From Candidatus Micrarchaeaceae archaeon (lineage in GTDB: Archaea; Micrarchaeota; Micrarchaeia; Micrarchaeales; CABMGC01), in NCBI GenBank assembly GCA_038878295.1, contig JAVZVY010000008.1:1-29454 (forward strand): a stretch of DNA of 29,454 nt, in the 5' to 3' direction. A program made the translations under genes and the position numbers. Numbering within the stretch: the first letter of the stretch is position 1; the number at the start of each line of letters is the position of its first letter. The notes under the pieces were generated by a model, which worked only from the letters and a program-made list of their open reading frames with translations, did no database searches and was not told the origin of the DNA. Below are positions 9,032 through 17,733 of the stretch, piece after piece.

Positions 9032-9095
9032 ATTCTTCTGCAATATTCGATTATTGGCTAATCCATAGGCATGCATTATAAATCATTCTTCTGCA
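9032..9095. repeat. 11-bp direct repeat ATTCTTCTGCA (9032-9042 and 9085-9095) in the divergent ATPase/Nudix promoter region
   Basis: Two exact copies 53 bp apart, each just 3' of an AT-rich TATA-like tract. Confidence 0.6.
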
Positions 9096-9114
9096 TCTTA
9101 TGTAATCTGATTAG

Positions 9115-9693
9115 ATGGAGCATTCAAAGATAGCCGCAATTATTGTTTTGAAGTTAGAGAGCAGTGCCAGCGAGCCGCAGGTAATCTACACGCATAGGAG
9201 ACAAGACGATGACATTGCACCAGGCGCATGGAACATTGTACTTGAGCACCAGGAGCCCTATGAAGCTAACACAAGGGAAACGGCGCTACGCGGAGTAAAA
9301 GAGGAAATAGGCATCAGCGGGAATGATAAAGACCTTTTCTACATAGGCAGCATAACCGATTCATTCTTTGTAAGAGACGATGAAGAGCTAAGCTTCTTTG
9401 ACATTGACTTGTATATGCTTCCATTGCACGGAGAGCAGCACATCAAACTCTCCATGGAGGAGGCTACAGAATTAAGCTATATGCCGCTTAACCAGCTTTA
9501 TAATTTGGGCAAGCTTATCAAAGCATATGGCGTAGATAGCACGCCATGGGTAAACCTCACGCATCCTGACAAGGTGATACTTGCTGAGTTCCATGAAAAG
9601 ATAATTGAAACAGCAAGAAAGATCCAGATAAAAGGCGCATTTAGAAGCGGCGAAAGCACGCAGGCCACTGAGCCGAAGGTAAGGAGCAGATAA
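9115..9693 (+). CDS. Nudix-fold protein with degenerate Nudix box
   Basis: HRR....APGAW...EHQEPYE...ETALRGVKEEIG resembles GX5EX7REUXEEXG with G>E and RE>RG changes. A downstream SMEEATELSY motif is also Nudix-like. Confidence 0.7.
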   Translation: MEHSKIAAIIVLKLESSASEPQVIYTHRRQDDDIAPGAWNIVLEHQEPYEANTRETALRGVKEEIGISGNDKDLFYIGSITDSFFVRDDEELSFFDIDLYMLPLHGEQHIKLSMEEATELSYMPLNQLYNLGKLIKAYGVDSTPWVNLTHPDKVILAEFHEKIIETARKIQIKGAFRSGESTQATEPKVRSR

Positions 9694-9748
9694 TTCATGC
9701 ACTAAGATTTGGGCTTCAAAAAAGATCCGCAATGTATATTCCGATGGC

Positions 9749-10087
9749 ATGGCAAACTCTTCCCATGCCAACGCGCGGCAATTGCCGCGAGGTAATTTGA
9801 CGAAAGTATATGCAATTGTTCACGGCCATGTCCAAGGTGTCGGCTACAGATCTTTTGTCAGAAGCGTTGCCTACAGATATGGCATAAAGGGCTTCGTGGA
9901 GAACGCACAAGATGGTAGCGTGAGGGTGCTTGCAATTGGCGATGCCGAAAATATCGACAAATTCCTTAAGGCGATTTATGTTGACTATGAGGATGGCCCA
10001 AGCGTAGCAACTATAGAGACAATAAACGAGAGCGACCCAGAATTTCCGCACTATGACGACATTGACGGATTTTTCATCAGGCATTAG
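9749..10087 (+). CDS. acyP: Acylphosphatase
   Basis: VHGHVQGVGYR (catalytic Arg) and GFVENAQDGSV (catalytic Asn) signatures. Confidence 0.92.
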   Translation: MANSSHANARQLPRGNLTKVYAIVHGHVQGVGYRSFVRSVAYRYGIKGFVENAQDGSVRVLAIGDAENIDKFLKAIYVDYEDGPSVATIETINESDPEFPHYDDIDGFFIRH

Positions 10088-10119
10088 TCTTGCAACTTTA
10101 GATTTTGACGAACCATAGA

Positions 10120-10134
10120 TAGACGCTTTAAATA
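10120..10134 (+). promoter_or_regulatory. TATA box of hmgA (probably leaderless)
   Basis: TTTAAATA at 10127-10134, about 20 nt before ATG 10154, with no Shine-Dalgarno motif. Confidence 0.55.
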
Positions 10135-10153
10135 TGCATGTTTATCTCTTACC

Positions 10154-11404
10154 ATGCAAGGCGATGAGAAGATCAGGCAAGCTGTTTCAGGTATGCTCAA
10201 TGGCGATAAAACATACACTGCCGGCGGTCTAGAAGGCAGCGATGCAGCGCTTGCGAGGGCCTCTTACATAGAGCAGAAGTACAAAGCAAGTCTTGAGCAC
10301 GTAAAGCGCGGTATAGAAGATGTGGATTTTGGCGACGCTGAAAAAAGGAACATAGAAAATGCAGTAGGCACTGTGCAGGTGCCCGTTGGCTTTGTCGAGA
10401 TAAAAGTAAACGGCGAATACGCTTCAGGCGTCAGGCCAATCTTTCTTGCTACTACTGAAGGCAGACTTGTTGCAGGAGTCAACAGGGGTGCGTCAGCAAT
10501 AAACATGAGTGGCGGCGCAACTGCGCGTATAATGAGCAGCGGCATGACAAGGAGCGTCATAATAGAAACAAATGGCATAAGCGATTCAAAGAGGATAGCC
10601 GATTTTGTTGTTTCAGATGTTGGAAAGAGATTCATTGCTGAAGAGTTCTCAAAATCGACAAAGCATGGCAGATTAATAGACGTGCAGGCATTCACAACAG
10701 GCAGGCTTGTTTATATAAGGTATGTTGCTGATACAAAAGCCGCAATGGGCATGAACATGGTCACGATTGCTTCTACAAACGCGACCAATGCGCTTGTTGG
10801 AAAGCTGAAAAGCATAGGCATAGATGCAAACTTCATGAGCGAGAGCGGCAACTTATGCACAGATAAAAAGCCCTCTTATATAAACGCGCTGCTTGGTAGA
10901 GGCGTTTCAGTTGTGGCGGAAGCAACGATAACAAAAGAAGCGCTCGAGAAGTACTTCAACGCAAGCGCAAAGGACATAGAAGCGTTAAACTATTCAAAGA
11001 ATTATGTAGGGTCAGGCCTTGCCGGATCGCTCGCACACAATGCGCAGGCAGCAAATATACTTGCCGCGACATTTATAGCTTATGGCCAGGATGCGGCGCA
11101 AGTTGTTGATGGCTCTATCGCGACAGACGACGCAAAGGCGCTCAGCGATGGCTCGCTATATATATCTGTATATATTCCATCACTTGAGATAGGCACATTC
11201 GGAGGAGGCACGCATAGGGAAACCCAAAAAGAGCTTCTCGCTGCAAGCGGTTTTTATGGCGAAGGAGACGAGCAGGGCTTTACAAAGTTGGCGTTTGCGG
11301 AATGCATAGCGGCAACGGTCCTTGCTGGCGAGCTCAATCTTCTAGCGGCTGAAGCCGGCAAAGAGCTTTCTAAAGCCCACGCCTCGATAAGACGCAGGGA
11401 TTAG
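10154..11404 (+). CDS. hmgA: Class I HMG-CoA reductase
   Basis: IENAVG, ATTEG, AMGMNM, SGNLCTDKK, GQDAAQ, GTFGGGT, LAGEL and terminal AH. Catalytic E/K/D/H are all present. Confidence 0.95.
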   Translation: MQGDEKIRQAVSGMLNGDKTYTAGGLEGSDAALARASYIEQKYKASLEHVKRGIEDVDFGDAEKRNIENAVGTVQVPVGFVEIKVNGEYASGVRPIFLATTEGRLVAGVNRGASAINMSGGATARIMSSGMTRSVIIETNGISDSKRIADFVVSDVGKRFIAEEFSKSTKHGRLIDVQAFTTGRLVYIRYVADTKAAMGMNMVTIASTNATNALVGKLKSIGIDANFMSESGNLCTDKKPSYINALLGRGVSVVAEATITKEALEKYFNASAKDIEALNYSKNYVGSGLAGSLAHNAQAANILAATFIAYGQDAAQVVDGSIATDDAKALSDGSLYISVYIPSLEIGTFGGGTHRETQKELLAASGFYGEGDEQGFTKLAFAECIAATVLAGELNLLAAEAGKELSKAHASIRRRD

Positions 11405-11545
11405 GCGCAACTTCATCTTAGCATTGCCGTGCGTGCCTGCATTGATGTATTTTGCGTGTTAGCCTCATAAGGTTGTTAAACCTTTGCCATAGCCCTGCAT
11501 AACAAATAAATATGATTCAAATTCAATCAGTAGTGGTGATGGTGC

Positions 11546-12412
11546 ATGGAAGCAACTAGAAATTCAGAATACCATGATTATAGTAAATTAGACATTTACG
11601 AAAAGAAAAAGCTTTTTGTGTCGTGGCTTGAAGAGAGTGGCTTCGTAAAAAGGAATGAAAACGGGGATAGGGTATTTGCAGCTAAGTGGAATAGAAAGGA
11701 GGACAGAGTGCTTGCAATAAGAAAGATGGTTGAGATTCTCGGAATAGAACCACACGAACTGACAAGCGAACACTTCGAACAGATGGGCTTGGTGAGGCTT
11801 CTTGTAAAATATGTGAACAGGGCCTACTTTCCGGTGTTTGCTGCGCTCACAGAAGCGTATCCAGAGCTTGGGATCAAACCGTGGGAAGTAAAGATAGAAG
11901 GCGACGGCGTATGGCCGAACAGCACAACAGCGCGCAGCGGAGTAAAGGTTCTTCTCGAAAGCAAAGGCAATGTCATAAGCGATGACAGCTTTAACGAAAA
12001 CGAGCATAAATTCATACTTTCACAATACAGAAACCTCTTTGAAGCGGTTATATTTTCTAAGTACACAAGCATATCGCCATACTCTATGCATAGCCTCGCT
12101 CAAAAGTATATGGACGAAAGCTTCATAACCAACGATGAAAAAAGGCACGCAGCAATAAAATTTATAGTGGGGCTTAAAGGCTCTTTCAGAGAGGTGTCTT
12201 ATTCAGATTTCAAAGATTATGGCATTGAAAAAGTCGTCGATTTTTATAGCAAAGGGCTAACAGAATATGGAGAACTCGCAAAAGAGGAAATCGAGAATAT
12301 GTCTTTGGCCCTTGCATTGAAAGACACATTGACGTATTTTGACGTGCGACAGATGAAAAATCCTTCAAAGATTTTACTCAGAGAGGCAAAGCGCCACAGA
12401 GACACATTCTGA
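11546..12412 (+). CDS. Hypothetical protein with about 3 degenerate helical repeats (DUF4046-like)
   Basis: GGTGA ribosome-binding site. Repeated pattern W...R..AI..hh...hS..F...Gh..hh..Y...F.Ah..AYP...PW. Confidence 0.7.
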   Translation: MEATRNSEYHDYSKLDIYEKKKLFVSWLEESGFVKRNENGDRVFAAKWNRKEDRVLAIRKMVEILGIEPHELTSEHFEQMGLVRLLVKYVNRAYFPVFAALTEAYPELGIKPWEVKIEGDGVWPNSTTARSGVKVLLESKGNVISDDSFNENEHKFILSQYRNLFEAVIFSKYTSISPYSMHSLAQKYMDESFITNDEKRHAAIKFIVGLKGSFREVSYSDFKDYGIEKVVDFYSKGLTEYGELAKEEIENMSLALALKDTLTYFDVRQMKNPSKILLREAKRHRDTF

Positions 12413-12435
12413 ATATTATTGTGATACGGCAATCA

Positions 12436-13122
12436 TTAACTGGTCTTGTTTTTCATTTTATTTTTCCTTTTCAGTTGGGTGCCCTCTGGAAATATTGCTA
12501 TGAGCACCTCGTCGCCGTGGAAGCCATTGAGCTTGTCGAAGCGCGCTGTCGTGAAGACCTTGTTTCCCACTTTGCTGCCTGGATCATGAATTATGACGTT
12601 GTTGCCTATGAATCCCACTACAAGAATCCAGTGCGGCGAATCTTCGTCTTCGAGATATTTTAGATTTGTGAGTATGATTGGCAATCCGCCTCTAAGGAGG
12701 ACTGATCTTATATCTGCCATGCGCACGCTGCCTCTGCGCTCTATCAGACCGAGAGCCTTTGCGCGTGCCTTGCGCTCGTTGAACAGCATTTCCACCATGT
12801 CCAAAACATAGTTTAGATATTGCTTCTGGCTCTGCGTCATCCTTTCTTTTTTTATGAATTCCACGCCTTTTACGTTTGTTTTTATGTATACCTCGAGCCC
12901 CCTTCTCAGCGCCGCATACGCGAGGCCGTATCTGCTTGTGGCTGTAAGCGGTGCCAAAACGCTCTCTCGCCACACATTCATTTCCTCAACTTTGCCCATC
13001 TCGAAGCTCTTCTCGAAGTATTTGAATACCATCATCAAACATGCCGGACCGCAGGTGAATTCGTAAGCCTGCGGGTAAAAAGGCACGCTAGCGTAAACGT
13101 CTTTGAGTTGCATAAATTGCAC
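12436..13122 (-). CDS. Peptidase C39-like cysteine protease (DUF3335-like)
   Basis: VPFYPQ..EFTCGPACLMM (Gln and Cys), E..VWRE, PHWILVVG (His) and IHDP (Asp). ATG 13113 is an alternative start. Confidence 0.85.
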   Translation of the reverse strand: MQFMQLKDVYASVPFYPQAYEFTCGPACLMMVFKYFEKSFEMGKVEEMNVWRESVLAPLTATSRYGLAYAALRRGLEVYIKTNVKGVEFIKKERMTQSQKQYLNYVLDMVEMLFNERKARAKALGLIERRGSVRMADIRSVLLRGGLPIILTNLKYLEDEDSPHWILVVGFIGNNVIIHDPGSKVGNKVFTTARFDKLNGFHGDEVLIAIFPEGTQLKRKNKMKNKTS

Positions 13123-13242
13123 CGATATAAAATATATTGCACAGTAAGAGTATTATGCCTTGCGCAGCGTTGCGAGACCTGCGCTTTGCTTTGAAATGCT
13201 GTCTTATGGGCTTCTTCTGAAGCGGCGGTAAAGCGACGCCTG

Positions 13243-13369
13243 TTATGCTTTGACAAACTCTGTCTTAAGCTGTTTAAGTGGTGAACGATGTCGTTTTGAT
13301 CACGCCTTTCTTTGAGAGCACGTTCTTCACGAACCGGTAGAACTCGTCTATGCTCTTAGTTCTGACTTT
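13243..13369 (-). pseudogene. C-terminal remnant of an Lrp/AsnC-family regulator ligand-binding domain
   Basis: Minus strand gives KVRTKSIDEFYRFVKNVLSKKGVIKTTSFT, then a frameshift near 13275-13280 into LKQLKTEFVKA*. This fits the Lrp pattern KV..KDI.E...F....L...GV..T.T...LK. No HTH domain is visible upstream. Confidence 0.65.
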
Positions 13370-13638
13370 ATCCGCATAACCCTGGATAAAATTGGAAAAA
13401 TTGTAGCGAATCTTACCAATACTCGCTAACTAAGATGTTTTGACGCGATATTATTGCATGTGCATAGAACTTTACCCCAATGCCGATACCTTTGGCACGG
13501 CTTAATGAACGTTCCACTTCCTGAGAAGCAAGCGCGTAATGGCACAAATGTAGAATTTGGTGCGGATTTACACAGAAAGGTTTTTATCTTATGCATTTGT
13601 AAAAATAACGTTCGCAGGATTAGTCCCTGCATGCGCGG

Positions 13639-13998
13639 ATGTATTCCATGCTGCTTGGGATAAAGAGAGTTTACGATAAGACTGAGCTTACCGACGGCAA
13701 GCGCGTACTTGTAGACAGGCTCTGGCCCAGAGGGCTCAAGAAAAGCGCAGCAAATATAGACCTTTGGCTAAAGGACGTTGCGCCAAGCACAGAACTTCGC
13801 AAATGGTTTGGCCACGATCCCACAAAATGGAACGAGTTCAGAAAAAAATATGAAGAGGAACTTCTTAAAAATCCAGAATTCGAAAAGTTGGTTGAGCTTG
13901 CAAGAAATTCAGACATAACGCTCCTTTACAGCGCATCTGACACAGAGCACAACGACGCTGTCGTGCTTCAAGAACTCATCAAAAAGAGGCTCGGCTAA
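13639..13998 (+). CDS. DUF488 (YeaO-like) protein
   Basis: IKRVYD...DG.RVLVDRLWPRG..K...D.WLKDVAPSTELRKWFGHDP.KW.EF...Y..EL and TLLYSA.D.EHN.A.VL. ATG 13648 is a possible start. Confidence 0.93.
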   Translation: MYSMLLGIKRVYDKTELTDGKRVLVDRLWPRGLKKSAANIDLWLKDVAPSTELRKWFGHDPTKWNEFRKKYEEELLKNPEFEKLVELARNSDITLLYSASDTEHNDAVVLQELIKKRLG

Positions 13999-14396
13999 AG
14001 CCTTTTTGTGGCCTCGTCCATCGGCTTGTGCTCGTATATAAATACTGCTCCTTTTAAGGTCTTTAGCGAGAGAGTAGCGCATTTGAGCCTTGCAGGGCCC
14101 GGATCAAGCCCTATAAGCTTCTTTATGAACTCAAAATCAAGCTTTTCTATGTCCTTTATGCTCTTGCCCTTTACGGCTTCTGTAAGCATGCTTGCTGTAG
14201 CCATGCTTATCGCGCAGCCCTTGCCTTCGAATTTCACATCTTCTATCTTGCCATCCTTGACTTTTATATACATAGTAATCTCATCGCCGCAAGTTGTGTT
14301 CAGCTCATGGAATTTAGCGTCCGCGTTTTCCATGCTGCCCTTGTTGCGTGGATTTTCGTAGTTATCTATTATTATCTCTCCGTAAAGTTCCATCAA
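13995..14396 (-). CDS. sufU: U-type Fe-S scaffold/sulfurtransferase (SufU/IscU family)
   Basis: NPRN.G, N..CGD, G.GCAIS.A and R.KCA motifs. No LPPVK. Overlaps the sufS stop by 4 nt (ATGA). Confidence 0.9.
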   Translation of the reverse strand: MMELYGEIIIDNYENPRNKGSMENADAKFHELNTTCGDEITMYIKVKDGKIEDVKFEGKGCAISMATASMLTEAVKGKSIKDIEKLDFEFIKKLIGLDPGPARLKCATLSLKTLKGAVFIYEHKPMDEATKRL

Positions 14397-15634
14397 ACCA
14401 GCTTGAATATTTCTTTTACCTTACCTATGGCTGCTATTGCAGCGTCTATGTCGCTCTTTGTATTGTAGATGTAGAAGCTCATCCTTGACACGGCCCCTTC
14501 GCTCAGTATGTTGGTAACAAGAGGCATTGCACAGTGGTGACCTGCCCTTATCGCTATGCCCTCGCTGTCGAAGACTTGCGCCACGTCGTGCGGATGCACG
14601 CCATTTATGCCGAATGAGATTACGCCACCTTTTTTGTCTATGTCTTTTATATTTGGGCCGTATACTTCAATGCCTTTTACCTCGGAAAGTCTTTCAAGCG
14701 CGTATTTTGTTAGTTCAACTTCGTGCGCACGCACAGCATCCATGCCAAGGTTATTCAGGTAATCGAGCGCAACTCCGAATGCTATGCCGCCTTCTATATT
14801 CTGCGTGCCAGCTTCGAACTTCCATGGCAACGAGTTCCAGCTGCTTGACTTGAAAGTGACCTCTCTTATCATGTCGCCACCGCCGAAAAGAGGCTCCATC
14901 TCTTCAAGCAGCTGCACCTTTCCATAAAGGGCGCCTATGCCTGTAGGGCCAAGCATCTTGTGGGCAGAGAGCGCAAAGAAGTCGCAGCCGATAGATTTGA
15001 CGTCTACCTTCATATGCGGCGCAGACTGGGCTCCGTCGACAAGCACTATGGCGCCGACCTTATGCGCTTCGCTTGTTATGCGCTTTACGTCGTTTATTGT
15101 GCCGAGCACGTTTGAGACGTGGGTTATCGCAACTATTTTGGGATTCTTCTCAAGCTCTTCCTTTAAGCTCTCCATGTCTATGAAAGAGTTGCTTTTGTCA
15201 AGCTTTATGTAGTCGAGATGCGCGCCTTTTCTCTTTGCGAGAAGCTGCCAGGGCACAAGGTTGCTGTGGTGCTCCATTTCCGATATGAGTATGTGGTCGC
15301 CTCTCTTTATGTTGGCATTGCCCCATGAAAGCGCTACGAGATTTATCGCTTCTGTGGTGCTTCTTACATAAACTATGCTTTCGAGGCCTTCGCCATTTAT
15401 AAATCTTGATAGCTTTTCCTTAGATTCTGTATATTCTGTTGTCGCCCTTTCCGCTATCTCGTAAATGCCCCTGTGTATGTTGGCGTTGTATTCGGAATAG
15501 TATTTAACTATCGCATCTATAACCTGCTTAGGCTTCTGCGAAGTAGCAGCGTTGTCCAGATACACAAGCGGCTTTCCGTTCATCCTTATGCCGAGTATGG
15601 GGAAATCTTTCTTCACTTCTTCAGGATCAAACAT
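14393..15634 (-). CDS. sufS: Class II cysteine desulfurase
   Basis: YLDNAATSQKP, EHHSN.VPW, DGAQ, SAHKM (PLP Lys), FEAGT and RAGHHCA. Start at ATG 15634, 1 nt after the sufC stop. Confidence 0.96.
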   Translation of the reverse strand: MFDPEEVKKDFPILGIRMNGKPLVYLDNAATSQKPKQVIDAIVKYYSEYNANIHRGIYEIAERATTEYTESKEKLSRFINGEGLESIVYVRSTTEAINLVALSWGNANIKRGDHILISEMEHHSNLVPWQLLAKRKGAHLDYIKLDKSNSFIDMESLKEELEKNPKIVAITHVSNVLGTINDVKRITSEAHKVGAIVLVDGAQSAPHMKVDVKSIGCDFFALSAHKMLGPTGIGALYGKVQLLEEMEPLFGGGDMIREVTFKSSSWNSLPWKFEAGTQNIEGGIAFGVALDYLNNLGMDAVRAHEVELTKYALERLSEVKGIEVYGPNIKDIDKKGGVISFGINGVHPHDVAQVFDSEGIAIRAGHHCAMPLVTNILSEGAVSRMSFYIYNTKSDIDAAIAAIGKVKEIFKLV

Positions 15635-15635
15635 T

Positions 15636-16400
15636 CTAAAGCCTCTCCTTCCTGCTGTTTTCTGCGCCTGCGTTCCCAAATATCTCATAGCCGTGCTCTT
15701 CTATATTCTTTACTATATCGATGCCGCCTTCAGCTACGATTTTGCCGCCAAGCATCACGTGCACATGCGTTGGCTTCATATATTCGAGTATCCTGCTGTA
15801 GTGCGTTATAAGAAGCAGACCAGCATTAGTTTCCTCTATTACTCTGTTTATGTTTGCCGCGACAACGCGCACGGCATCAACATCAAGGCCTGAATCAGGC
15901 TCATCAAGTATGGCTATCTTCGGCTTCAGTATCTCCATCTGCAGTATCTCTGCCTTTTTCTTTTCACCGCCTGAGAGGTCTTTGTTTACGGCTCTGCCTA
16001 TTATCTCGCTGTTCATGCTCAGGTTTTTTGTGCCTTCCTTCACATCGGTCATGAGCTTCTTTATGTCTGATTTGCCTTCTATGGCCTGCTTCGCGTACCT
16101 AAGCAGGCTTATGAAGCCTACGCCGTCAATCTCGACTGGATTTTGGAATCCAAGAAAGATGCCAAGGGCTGCGCGCTTGTTTGTCGGCATCTCTTTTATG
16201 CTTGTTCCGTCAACCAGTATGTCGCCTTCAGTAATTTTCAAACCCGGATAGCCCAGAAGTGCCTTTGCGAGAGTCGTCTTTCCTGAGCCATTTGGCCCCA
16301 TGATGACATGAACCTCGCCCTGCTTAACGGTAAGGCTCACGCCGCTCACTATTTCTTTGTCGCCAGCAGCAACATGAAGATTTTTTATCTCGAGAATCAT
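15636..16400 (-). CDS. sufC: Fe-S cluster assembly ATPase
   Basis: MGPNGSGKT, FQNPVEIDG, LSGGEKK, DEPDSGLDVD and ITHY.RIL.Y.KP motifs. Confidence 0.95.
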   Translation of the reverse strand: MILEIKNLHVAAGDKEIVSGVSLTVKQGEVHVIMGPNGSGKTTLAKALLGYPGLKITEGDILVDGTSIKEMPTNKRAALGIFLGFQNPVEIDGVGFISLLRYAKQAIEGKSDIKKLMTDVKEGTKNLSMNSEIIGRAVNKDLSGGEKKKAEILQMEILKPKIAILDEPDSGLDVDAVRVVAANINRVIEETNAGLLLITHYSRILEYMKPTHVHVMLGGKIVAEGGIDIVKNIEEHGYEIFGNAGAENSRKERL

Positions 16401-16403
16401 TTT

Positions 16404-17729
16404 TCACACCACTCTGTATTTGTAGTGGCTTCCGAAGATGTCGCTTCCGCGCCTGCTCTCAAGCCACATGCCCTGGCTTTCGATCTTTGGAAGCCCTATT
16501 TCCTCTTTGCCTGATATCTTCCTGTTTATAAGCGAAAGTGAGTATGCCTTTGCTATGCCGCTCTCGATGTTTGAAATGGTTGATGTGAGGAATCCTGAAA
16601 TAACCAGATTTCTTGCTTCGCTGCTCTCCATGCCCCTGCTCATCAGGTAGAACAAAACGTCCTGGTTTATTGGGCCTATCGCAGAAGAGTGGGTTGCTTT
16701 CACATCCTTCTCGTCTATAGACATGTCTGGCATAGCTTCTATTTTGGCGTTTTTGCTGAGATGGAAGCCGCCCTCGGTAACGAACGACTTTGCGCCCTTT
16801 GCGCCAGCTTCTATCTTCGAAAAACCTTTTAGGTAGCATGCCGCTTCGTCAAATAGCACGGCCTTCGAATCCAGCTTAGCCTCGCTGTTTGTTCCTGAAT
16901 AACGGTTCACTATCTTTGTGTTTATGTCAAATGCCTGCTTGTTGTTGCCCAATGCGACCTCGTTTGCCTCAACCTTGCTCGATGCTCCCAGAGCGTCAAG
17001 CCTGTTTTTTGCCTTCACCCTGTTGCCTCCCACATATATGTAATTAGACTTTACCGATGCATTGTCAAGCGCTTTCATATACGACATGCTTACCACATCG
17101 GTGCCATGGCCCTCGTTGTGCAGCATGTTTATTTCTGCTTTTGCGTCGCTGCTGAGCCTGGCTATGTTAACAACGCCGAGAAACGACTGTTTTGCAGTAC
17201 CAGATGTGAAGAACTCCATGACGTCGAGCCTTGCGCCTTCTTCAACGTCGAAGAATATCATCGTGGAGAAAGGCCTTTCAACATTTGCCAGCAGAATGTT
17301 GAGCTGCGCCTTTTCTCCTTTTGGTATGCGCACATGCAAGATGCCCTCCGCATACGAGTACATGAAAGCTGTGTATTTATCGTCGTCAAATGCCTCCATG
17401 AACTGCCCTGATAGATTTTCATAGTCGCCCTCGTCCTGCCTTACGAAGCGCATGTACTTAGCCTTTAGACCTGCGGCTACAAAGCCGCCGTCGCCAAGAA
17501 GCACATCAAACTTTATTTCTGAGTCGGAAAAATGCTCGCTGAAAAATGAGGCGATGCGAGGCGCTGGCTGCGTCTTCGGTTTGCCTTCATTTGCGCCGAA
17601 ATCTATGGCCCTGGCAATATTGTCTAGGTTTATAGGGACGTACTTTTTCTTGTAAAGCTCGTTCGTCTCCTCAGGCATAGACTCGTAGAACTTGTTAGAA
17701 TCTTTGAGATAATCGCCAACGCTTTCCAT
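16404..17729 (-). CDS. sufD: Fe-S cluster assembly protein SufD
   Basis: C-terminal P.M.IDE.DVKATH...IG......LFYLMSRG...EA..LVISGF, positioned between sufB and sufC. Confidence 0.88.
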   Translation of the reverse strand: MESVGDYLKDSNKFYESMPEETNELYKKKYVPINLDNIARAIDFGANEGKPKTQPAPRIASFFSEHFSDSEIKFDVLLGDGGFVAAGLKAKYMRFVRQDEGDYENLSGQFMEAFDDDKYTAFMYSYAEGILHVRIPKGEKAQLNILLANVERPFSTMIFFDVEEGARLDVMEFFTSGTAKQSFLGVVNIARLSSDAKAEINMLHNEGHGTDVVSMSYMKALDNASVKSNYIYVGGNRVKAKNRLDALGASSKVEANEVALGNNKQAFDINTKIVNRYSGTNSEAKLDSKAVLFDEAACYLKGFSKIEAGAKGAKSFVTEGGFHLSKNAKIEAMPDMSIDEKDVKATHSSAIGPINQDVLFYLMSRGMESSEARNLVISGFLTSTISNIESGIAKAYSLSLINRKISGKEEIGLPKIESQGMWLESRRGSDIFGSHYKYRVV

Positions 17730-17733
17730 GCTG

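Noticed and set aside
13380..13663. Short ORFs on both strands upstream of DUF488
   Set aside because: They show no motifs and unnatural composition. The region may be decayed DNA but I cannot assign it.
15635..15688. 18-aa N-terminal extension of SufS overlapping sufC
   Set aside because: ATG 15634, just after the sufC stop, matches the normal SufS N-terminus.
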